64,000 nucleotides of DNA. Source: Epiperipatus broadwayi. Lineage: Eukaryota > Animalia > Onychophora. This document shows, in pieces, positions 43,501-55,500 of the stretch (its first letter is position 1; each line of letters opens with the position of its first letter). A program made the translations under genes and the position numbers. The DNA is taken from NCBI GenBank assembly GCA_028023455.1, contig JAQFVV010000005.1:17112001-17176000 (forward strand), in the 5' to 3' direction. A model generated the notes under the pieces. The model was not told the DNA's origin and did no database searches. It was given only the letters and a program-made list of their open reading frames with translations.

Positions 43501-46500
43501 TGAAGTGGATCTCATGATTATAGCAAATGACTCCATGGGTCATTGATAGCTAAATTAAGGAAGCTTATTGGTATGATATGATGAGTTGCCTTGAATTAAG
43601 AAAAAGAATAAGCCTTCACCGTATAGTAGATCATTAACTATTGGTGAAGATACAGGTGTCCCATAAATATTTGAGGAAGAAAGAATGAATTCAATAATTT
43701 TACTGATAGGAAATTAAATAAAGAGAAGCCATTGCAAAATTTAATAAATTACCCATTGTCTAGTGTTAAAAAACTTCTAAAGTTTAAAGGAGGATCTATA
43801 CATTACATATTCATTTAGGTGAAACTTTTGAAGGTACCAATTTATGATGATACATTTATTTCTATTATTGCTCATTATAATTATAGTAGAACTAAAAATC
43901 TTTTTTCTAATTGTTTGCTAAAACAAGAATATTGAAAAAAGCTTCCATTACATTTTCAAGATTCACAAATGACATCTATATAAACTTCATTCAACCTTTA
44001 CAGTAATTAAGAAATGATAGAATATGAATGTGGAGGTATTTATAGAGAAAACTAGAAATGTCAATGATTTACATTAACATTGTTATATAATGTGTTAAAA
44101 TAGAGAAATATATTGAATGATTTTTTTTTTTTTGTAAAATTATATTTTCTATTTGTGAAAAGTTTATATTTTTTAAAAACTACACAATAATTTTAACTAC
44201 CACCCTCCCTTTAAACTTTACAAAACTACCCGACAAAGTTATTCAATATTAAAATAAAAAAATAATACTTTTTTTTTATTGCAGAAACAATAAATTAAGA
44301 TCTTTGTGAATAATTTTACTTTGGCTAAAAAGAAACATGATCATTTCAGAATCCAAAAAAAAAAAAAAAAGAAACAAAATTAATAATGTTAGTTTAAACT
44401 GTAAATTTAAATTAAATTTAATATAATATTTTACTAAAATAAATATTTAACCAGATGTTTAAAATAAGTATTTTGATGATTTATTATTTCAATAATCGTA
44501 TATGATTACATTTTATTAAATCAACTTTTATTAGTTTTAAACAGTGTGTGTGTGCAGCAGTGTTTTGCATTTTAATATATTTAAAATGATTCTCTTCATT
44601 ATCACCATTTTTAAACATCCCTAAAACGAGGAGGCACTAAAATATATTAGTCCCAAATTAAAATTATTTAAATGGAAATGTGTTAGATGTTGGTTATCTT
44701 GTTAAGTTCTGACTATATTACTGTAAAACAGAGATTATATATTAATAAGTGATCTAAATGATAGTTGCATTTATTTGAATTTTTTTATAAATATATATAA
44801 ATATTTTATGCATTCGATTGGGTGTTTTTACTAAATGGCATTACTGATAATAGTACGACAATAGAGCATTCCTTTGCTATGTCTATGACTTAAGTTTGGA
44901 CTCAGGCTGGGTAAATTTGAAATATTTTTAAAATTCTAATCAGGCTTAGGATTTTACCTTCAGATAACCAGCCCACAGACAACAAGCTCACCATTTCATA
45001 TTGATTGGTAAATGGGGATATAATTATTTCCAGTTATAAAGTAAAACAGGGATGGAGAACAAACCTCTCAACTCCCAGTAATGAGTATTGCTTTCTTCTT
45101 TCTTGATTCTCTAAGAATGTTAGAGAGGCCTTCACTTTTAAAGGTCATTTTATTTACTTTTTTATATATTTCAAACAAAATTTAATAAATCATACTTCAT
45201 TTTTGAAGTATATATATTATACATTGTAGAATTGTAAGAATATTAGCATTTTTTTTTTTTTTAGGATGCAGTTATGTTACATAGTTTCACTTTACGACAA
45301 CAACTGCAGACTACAAGGCAAGGTAACTAATTATGCAATTTTGGTTCCATTTAAGTGTGTTAGAAACAAAATAGAAGGTTTATATATATATTTGTATATA
45401 ATGATAATTAGAAAATCTTCAAGGCTTTTAGATGTTAATATTAATAATTGTAACGGAAATAGTCCAAATTGCCTTTTTTATAAAGAAATTTCAGATATGA
45501 TGTAATCAACAAAATTCCAATTTCATACTGGCATTACCAATTGAAATCATGCAATTTCGTTATAATAGTTGTCCAATTAACTTTTAAACCAAAAATAGAA
45601 ATACATTTTTAGTTTATATCCCAGATTATATGAAAAATAAGTCAAACATGAAAATTGGAACTGCCTAAATATTTTCGCTGTTAATTAAGGAAGTCTCCCA
45701 AGAATAATTAAAAGTTAATTTCTTAAATATTAAAATTTTTATAAATAAATAATTAAACGACTTTATTGTTTGAGAGTTTGTAAGAAATTTGAATGCTGGA
45801 AGTTCTGGAATTGGAATTGATCTGAAGACTTTATGCTCCAAGCTGATACTCTATAATTTAGTTATAAACAAAGAGCAATTTCATTTTTGGGTTTAAAAGT
45901 GGCGCAACACTATCACTTGATGGTGTGATCTTTTGGCAATAGCTGTTTGTAATTGGTGCCACACCGATTATATCATAGCTGAAATTTATGCTTAAAAATA
46001 TATATAAATAGTTAAATTTTTAGAATAATTTGTATTGGGTTTTAGAATTATATAAGCAATTCTGTAATAAAAACATGTATTTGCCATTGTTACTATAATA
46101 GCATAGTTTGTGAATTGTTTATACCCATAATTTTATTTTAAGATTTATTCGAAGATGAAAATGAATTAAGTTACAATGCATGCATATATTTAACTCTTTT
46201 ACACATAACCTGATGACTGCCTTATCAAATTCTGTTTATAAGTTGTAGATGCTTGTTCTGATTATTCTTAATATTTTTTTTTTGGCAGTCAAGGTTATGA
46301 GTGATATGCTTTCAAGATATACAAAACAATGATATATTTGAATACAAGTATAATTTATATACTTGGAATTTAGATGTAATTATAGGGGATTTGAACACAA
46401 ACTTTCAAGCTCCATTCTAGTTGATATCTACTAATGTTGATTTTTCTCATCGTAATTTATTTTGACTATGTTTACATATAATCAAAATGTTAATTTTTTT

Positions 46501-49500
46501 AATTATTATATTAAATGTCTAATGTCATCTACATATTTCGTATTATTCATACTCTGTGCACTGATAATTTTTTGATCTTATCATACATTATTAATTTTTG
46601 CTTTTGATTTATCGTAGATATTAGATATTCTTAGATTAATTACTTAGCCTGTGATTTAATCAATTTTAATCAGTTTTGTCAAAGACTTTCTGTAAATCAG
46701 CAAAACTATAAAAAATAAATATGGACCATCAACATGGTGAATTGTTTAAACAATTACATTTTTAGATATATATGTAAATAAAGCAATAGCAAAATATTAT
46801 TGTATTGATATCATATGTTCATTCAAAAATCATAATGTGCAGGTTTCAAAGCATAAATAGATATATAATTATATAATAATAGCATAAGCTTATTTAAACT
46901 ATGAATCTTTAATCCACTGACAAGGCAAAACTCCATAAGTAAAAGGTGGATCCTCCTTTTCTATTCTGGTTTATATAAACAAGAAAATTAACACTTAGAC
47001 TGTAACAAATTGAATTTATATTCCTAGAAGTTTAAATAAGCCCATTGAACAGGCAGATGTAACCTGTTTTGAAAGCAGACTAATAAATAATTATTTTAAA
47101 CTTTCAAATCCTACTGCTAGCAATTATTAGATAACAAACCTGCTTTTGTTCAAAGTTGAATGGTTTTATAAATATAATCATATGATAACAACCACAACTT
47201 TATTTAAACTACGAATCTTCAATCTGTTGTCAAGGCCATCTCCATAAATAAAAGATGCACCCCCCCCCTCTACTTTTTACTCTAGTTTAAGATCTTAATA
47301 TAGACAAAAAAGTTGATATTTAGGACTGTAACAGATGGAGATTTTTGTATTTCTAAAAACTTAAATAAATCACATTAAACAGGTAAATAAATATATATGC
47401 GAACATGATTCTGGTGCATAGTACCAAAGGTATACTTATCTAAAGTTAAATGAAAAAGTATACAAATTAATTAAATTGTGCAGGATGTTTTTCTATCTTG
47501 TGTACATGTGTTTTTTACATTCATGGCTAGTAGATGACTGAATACTTTAAAATGAGTTTCATTTTTTTATCTGAACAAAATTAACCTTTATAATAGATGA
47601 CAGGTTAAACACTGGTTGGTGAGTGGTTTGTTTATATAATTGCTAATTTAATATTAGCATGTTTGGAAATTTTTGTTATTAAAATAATAGTTATAAGAAT
47701 TCAATATGACACTTGCATCTTGATTGTGATGAATGAGATTTATTTCAATTTTTAAAGCTTCTTAGAGCACTTTAACAAAGTATATTTCATGAAGATGCGC
47801 TTATCATTTTGCCTTTTTTCAAATCCATAGTGTAAAACTGTCATTTTTTAAATTTTTATCTATTTAAACTTCTATTTTATATAAAATTACAAAACTTTTT
47901 AACAAGCTTTTTTTTTTTATATGTTAATGGACACATAGTAGTCTATTTCTATTAAAAGCCTGTTGCAACCTTCATTTTAATTTTTTTTTTTTTTTTTATC
48001 ATTGCTTTGACCATATTTTTAGCATACTAATTTATGAAATAAAAACAGATTTTAAGGAATTCCATCTAGGAATCTTTAGTGATGGAGAGCATTTCTCATG
48101 ATTAGAACAGAATTGTTCCGATTGTTAATATCTTTAGAAGGAATGTAATCTTCAAACATTAAAAAATGAAATAGACAGCTGATATTTCATAGATGCCTCT
48201 CGTTAATCTTTCTCGGCGCTAATGTGTTCTCAAGAATTGTTGTGATATAAACTAATAGCGAGAGGGTGCACACTTTGAATATTTTCATTCATTAATTTTT
48301 TTTTTATTGTATTTTTTTTTTTTAAAACATCAAATTATTAGATAAATCATATGATTTTTTTTTTTTGTTTTAGCAAAAATGAATTTTCTTATGAGTTTGG
48401 ATAATGTATATATGCTGTAAATTGGATTTTATATACAAAATTCTACTAAAATCTGGGAGAAGTTGGCTCAAATATCTTTTGATTGTCAACAATTTAATGA
48501 ACTTTCAAATTATCAGGTAGATTATTCTGAAACTTATGAAATTAAAATCTGTTTTGAGAATACTTTTAGATCAGTCAACTTGTCACTGCAAAAATAGGTA
48601 TGAAGTCTATAGTTTCCATATCATTCTCACTATAACTGAATCGTTAAAAACATCAGGTCAATATTTTTTTTATGTCTGCGATATATGAATGGCTGTAATT
48701 CATATTGCTTTTCAGGTGTGCATAACATTTTTTTTGTTAAAAAATTTATTTTCAAAACAAATGGAAGCAAAAACATGATTGCAATTTTAATGCTAAAGCA
48801 GCAATCATAGAAGTAACTCAATATAGCAAAATATGCTCTGAATACAGTTTCTCTTTTATGGAAAAGTTTAATTGTTAAAAAATTGTATCAGTTTATTTGT
48901 AATTGATATTTAATTGTATATGATATATAGAGACAAAAAGTTTGCAATTCTATACTAAATATTTTCCCCCAAATTGTCAACAGATAAAAATTATGTCATT
49001 GTAGCATTTATTATTTTTTTCATTCAATTGCTTAAATTTAATTTTTTTTTAATTAATAATTTTTTAAAAAAGAATATTTTTGAAGTATGTTGCCCTTTTT
49101 ACTGATTATTTTTACTTATAGCCCAATTTATGACACAAAATAGAAAAGTGATGCAACTCTTATTATTGTATCAAATTTCTTTCACATATCAATGCAGAAA
49201 TTTTATATAGTCATTTAATGTTTTTAAGCAATATTTGCTCATGAATTACCTTTAAGTATGCTAGTATATACGATCTAATTTTTAAGAGTTTTTAAATTTT
49301 ACCATTATAATTTATTAAGTATGTATTTGAATGACTTCATTTCCATAAACTTTCTGAATCGGACAAGATTGAGAACAAGGGCTTGGAAATAACAATATGC
49401 AAAACTTGATCAATAATTTCTATCCAACATGTATTCATTATTTTTTATCCATTCTTTCTATCTCCATTAATTTTATTTTCATTTCATATTTTCCGCTAAC

Positions 49501-52500
49501 TTTATCACATATAATTATTTTGTTATAATATTAATTTTAAGTTGAAAAAATTGTATCATTGTCTGCAGAAACTATATTCTTTGTGTATGAAGTCATATCA
49601 TAAAATTTATTAATTTAATCATATAATATAAATAAATTTTATAGAATTTATTTACAGTAGCATGCTTTTAGATTATTCTTATGTAATCATAGTTAACTAT
49701 ATACATTTATAACTTTATTATATGATAAAGTATTATATGTTGAGCATAAACGAGTCATAAAAATTTCTCTAAATGGTTATTATAACAAGTGGTACCATAT
49801 ATGTATAAATCACAATTAATGTACATCCTTATATTTCAAATGTATAATTATAGCTTTAGAAAAAAATATAATAGTTTTTATGTTGAATTTTGATCTGACT
49901 ATGTTTTTTTACTTTTACCAAACAACACATGGCCCCCCAAATGTTGTTGTTTTATATTTACTGATGTACATTAAATAAATTTATTTTATAAGTGCCATAT
50001 TTTTAGCAGTAATTATCCTTCAATATAAATAATTATTGTTATGTTAGAATTTTTTAGAAATGTAAGCTAAATGAATAAAAAAAGATGAATGTTTAAAACA
50101 TGGAAACTTTGCTGTAAAGACTATTATAGATATTTTAATCTAAAAAAGTCTATTAAAAAGAAATATAATTTAATAATTTTCAACCTATTAAAGGATGATT
50201 AATAATCATTTATGTATTTATTAAATCAGTGATTATTGTGAAAAAGCATTTGCTGAAAATATTGTATTTTCTAAACTAAATTTCTGTGTGTATATATATA
50301 TACACACAATTATAATTATAATGGAGAATAGTAGAGGTATCATGAATGCATTTAAAGAGTTAAATAATAATAGGTATAATATTACATTTGCTATAGAAAA
50401 AGAAGAAAAGGGATTAAAATATTTAGACTTGTATTTTAATAAAGATGTAAAGAGAAATATATATATATATAAAGCAGTTCATTAAGGATAAAAATATTAG
50501 AGGGGTAATTGATTCTAAATCATAACAGTCATGGTCTCAAAAAATGGCAGCATTTAAAGGTTTTAAAATTAAAAATGATAGACTCACTTTAAATAAAAAA
50601 GAGGCATATATACAAAAAATAGAAATTGAGAAAGAATATATTGAAATTGGTTATAATGGAAAAGTAATTAGAAAAATTTTAAATACCAAAAGTGGAAATT
50701 ATATAAAAGGGAAGAATGAGAGAATAGATAAAGTTAAGAAATGGTTTTCAATTCCCTATTCAGCTGAAGTAGATATTCAATAAATATATGTTAAATGATG
50801 AAGAATATAAAGATGTAAGAAAATGAATATGCAATGCAAAAATGAATGATAGTATTGATAATTGAATAGGAATTATTTATATAATTACGTGTGACAAATG
50901 CAAGGAGATATATATAGGACAATCAAGAAAAAGTGCAACTGAATTTGCTAAAGAATATAATAAATAAAAAGAAAAGATACTAAGTGTGGACCTTATAATC
51001 ATTATTTAGAAATAGGGTATATAATAAATTGTGAGGAAAATATAAAGGTAATAAAGTATATAAATAAGACATTTATTTTATATAGCGCTATGTTTTTATA
51101 AACTGTAATATTAATAAGCTAATGCACATGCACTTTGCAGATTTAACTATATAAATGAATACTCTCACTTTCCAAACACAAGATAAAGTCTTTGTGAATC
51201 TTTTCGACCCAAATGTTTATGTATGGGCAAATCTTAAGTATTTGGAAATGAGAGTGTGAAGGTGTTAATCGATCACTTTAAATTACTTTTTACTATGCCA
51301 GGCATGCTCTCATTTCCAAATAATTAAGATGTGATCGATTAACATCTTCATGCTCTTATTGCCCATACATAAACGTGTGGGTCGAAGAGATAGGATTCAT
51401 CCTATCTTTTCACAAAGACTTTATCTTGTGTTTGGAAAGTGAGAGTATTCATTTATATAGTTAAATCAACAAAGCGTATGTGCATTAGCTTATTGGTTTA
51501 GTAATAAAGTAAAATAAAAATTTTAAAGAAAGAAAATATTATGAAATATTATATATACAAGAAAACAGATAAATGCATTAATATGGTCAATGGTTCAATG
51601 AAATTGGGAGGGAAATGGTCACTATTAGATAATTGGAAGCTATAATATGTAAGAATGTATAAGTATGTATATATATTGATAGTATAAGACATGAATTGTT
51701 TTTTGTTGATAGATAAGAGTTATAAGGTAGAAAAAAGATGAATAAGAAAATGTATAATGAATGTATGTATATTAATATGGTTAATGATTTGATAAAATTG
51801 GGAGGGAAATTATCAATATTAGAAAATAAGGTGTAATATATTTGAATGTATTATAATGATCGGGGTTTCTGGAGATCAAAAAGTCTTACCGTATCTACAC
51901 TATAGAGCACCACTAGGCTACTTGAACCTAGAAAATTTATAGAGTAGGCAGATACGCGCTGTTAAAGATCCAACTTTTACACATATATTTCATTCCGACC
52001 GTTAGCCCAATGCCACTAGCTCAGCAGAGCAGTAGAGATTTATAAAATATGAATTCTTATCTAAATATTTTCAATATTAAAAAAATAAAAGAAGCCACTG
52101 CCAGTAATAACACACACAAACATTTATTTAATATATATAAAATTTAGCATTATTATTTTAGTCTAACTTTTATTTTTTTTACAAAACATAACTTCATTTT
52201 ACTTTAGATTTTAATTTACAATTTAACTGTTTTTATTTTATTTTAAAAGTTCGCACAGTTGAGTTTAATATTTATTAGAGTGTCGAGTATGAATAGACTA
52301 CATAGATTGCATTTGAAAAGAAAATATTCTATCCCTGATTTTAACCTTAGGTCAAAAGTCTGCAGTCAAACCAACGTCAATCCATCTGATATATCGATGT
52401 ATTCAATGCAGCATGAATACGACAGCACAATACCATACTGCCAGGAATGCACATCTGAACAGCATGGTTAAGAGAAGAAATTGTTTCTCATCCAGTACAG

Positions 52501-55500
52501 GAATGTTACATCTGTCTGGTAAGAAGAACAATAAAAAAGAAAACTCCATAAGAAGGGATTGCGGTCCTTTTTGCCGACTTACGATCCCATTCCATAGGCA
52601 AAAGGGGTGATTCACGGAGCAGGAAATACCATCTGTCACCGATGATAAATAAGAAAATAGGCTTATTTCACCCAAGTGCGGTGTATCATGTGATCCTGCA
52701 CGTAGCGAATCTCATACTACATTTACTAATTACACCAATATATCCAATCCATTGACCCAATCTAACTACGAACAAATAACCTAAGATTACCCTCCCTTAA
52801 ACTAACATATATAACTTTACAAATCTACGCAGCCATTCACGCCCGACTTAAATTTAACATTTATTAAAAGTTGTTAAACAAAAAAAAAATCATAATAAAA
52901 ACTTAAAAGAACAGAAAAAATAAATGGAAATGATTTTTAAAAAAATACAGCAAATAACATTTATTAATATTAATTTATGTTGATCAGATAGGATTCTATT
53001 TGTATTATTTACTGAAAGTTAGAATATAGAGTTATTGTTTTGAAAATGTTCATAAAGTTCTTACGGTTTTTAAAAGGTTCCGTTGCTTGCCATTTGGGAT
53101 CCAGCGTTAATTCCCCCGATGTCCTGTGGTCCACAATATAGAAAACGATTGGTCATTTCTCTTTCTCCTTTTTTTTTTATTATAGCAAAACAGAAGAGAT
53201 TGAAGAGTGCGTCTTTCCAATCCCTTCTCCTTCAACTCTAGCACACCTCTGCTTTCACATCTCTATCTTCTCTAATTAATTTCTTTATTTCCAAACTTTT
53301 TCTTTTATACTAGAATTTTGGATTCAGTGGACATTACGTCATGACAATGGTGATGGTCTTTTCGTTGAGGTCCGTTTCCCCGAGGGATTTCTTTCATTGG
53401 CCTATTGTTTTTCCTCTCCTATCTGACCTTTACTTATATATTTTGAAATGCCCAAGGGCTAGTTTACTTTTAACTAATTAAAATAATCATTTCCATTTTA
53501 CAATAGCATTAATTAATTTATATACATTCTTGAAGATATATTTTTATCTTTAAATCTTTTAGGTTTTTGCTGAAAATTTAGTCTTAAAACTTTTTCTTTT
53601 TTTTTTTTTTATAAAGTTTTCTTTTAGTAATTTTTCATCTGTGTGATTTTATATATATAACGTTTACATGACTTTTAACTTTCAATTTTTATTTCTTACA
53701 AAAGTTTTTATTTGCGAACTTTTCAATGTCTAATTTTTAAAATAAATAATGTAACAGCGTGTGTGCCCGTTACAGTATATGTATTGATAGTATAAGAGAG
53801 GAGTTGTTTATTTGATGAAAGATAGTTGGTATAAGAAAGTAAAAGATGAATAAGAAAATGTATAATGAATGTATACATAAGTGTAAATTTATAAAAATAA
53901 TATATTTTTTATTTCTTCATGAATGTATTTCTAGTGATGACCATTAGAGAGTATATAAAGCTGTAGAACATTTACTGTCACACGATTAATTTTAAAAATG
54001 GCATTTTGAAAAGGTTCTTTTGTGAATGAAAATCGATTTGATATTAAATTGCATTCAAATCAGTTGTTTATTATTTCGAGTTTTGAATAATTCGATTGAT
54101 TAAGTGATATGTACAACAGATACTTATATAGTACATAATGTTACTTATAATACTATACAAGTATAAGTTTTGGAAGGGAAGTTTTTTTTTTTAGATATAT
54201 ATTAATTGTAAAAAGAAAGATTTGAGATGGTAATAACTAAAATTTGTACTTTGCGCATGAATTGAAACAAATCTAATAATCGTAACCCAGTTTGTTTATA
54301 TGTATGTATTTGACTTTTTAAAAATATTATTTCAGAGTTATCTCATGCGTTATATCAACATGATGCTGCCTGTCGTGTCATTGCTCGTTTGACTAAAGAA
54401 GTTACAGCTGCTAGAGAAGGTAATTATTGAATGCACTAAAGTAATATTGTGTAATTACTCTTAAAAAAAAAATTAATAATTAACTGGAAATTGTTATATA
54501 AATTAATAAGAAGTATTTTTAATTAAAAATCATAAATTTTATTTATTTATTATAGAAATTTTTTTGTAATATAAAATAGTTAGTAATTTACAACATTAGA
54601 AAAGAAGATAGTTGTGACTTTTGCCAATGTGGCCGTCAGGCGACGCTGCAGTACCATCAACAACCACAAGAGAATATACATGTAAATGAAAAAATATGGG
54701 TGATTTATTTTGTAAATTACGTAAGGAAGGAATAGAAAATATTAGGCATTTGTTAATTGAATGTAAATGCTTGAAAACAGAAAGGGTACATATAATGAAG
54801 TTATGGAAGAATAAATATGAAAAAAGTGATTATACAGAAAGTGAATTATTGGTTTTATGCTGGGTTTGGGAAAAGATAAAGGGGATTTAGATATAAAGAT
54901 TATAGAATTGACAAAGATTATGTTGTGGAAATGGGATAGAGCAGATTATGGGTAAAATTTAGAGTGGGGAATGGAAAATAAAGTGGCTAACAGGTTTATC
55001 TGGGCATAATTGCTGAGATATTCTTGACTTTGTTTAAGGAGAAGCCACAATACATCACAACATATCACCATGAAGCATGCAAGTGATAAATTTCTATCCG
55101 AAAACCGCTGAAATCAACAAATTAAAAATGCCTAAGTCAAAATAAATTGAACAAATTTTTCTAAATAATAAATTAAAAAAAAAAAACAAAAACAAGAAAA
55201 CGCTATGAAATTCGAATTACAAAAACAGAATTTAATGAAACTTCATCCATGGCGGATGAGTGTTCATGGATTATTGGCCAGAATTACAAAAACATAATTT
55301 CATTAATATTTAGCATTCAACATTTGCAAATATGCATCTACGATCAGATTCCAAAGTAGCAATTATATAAACTAAAAAGAACATTACATGAGAGATTCTA
55401 TTTATCAAATTAATTATTCTCTGCTCTGAAATTATGGCATATCAGTTTTGACTAGACCTGGGTGTGCACATTTATGTATTTAAGATTTGATATTGCTTCT

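Noticed and set aside
45266-45505. 79-aa ORF starting at Prp19 exon 4 (also the minus ORF 35264-35446)
   Set aside because: Off-frame or antisense overlap of true exons running into intron
4479-45928. Shared 14-mer tcacttgatggtgt at ~4476 and ~45915
   Set aside because: Flanks do not extend the match; compatible with chance or a very old repeat
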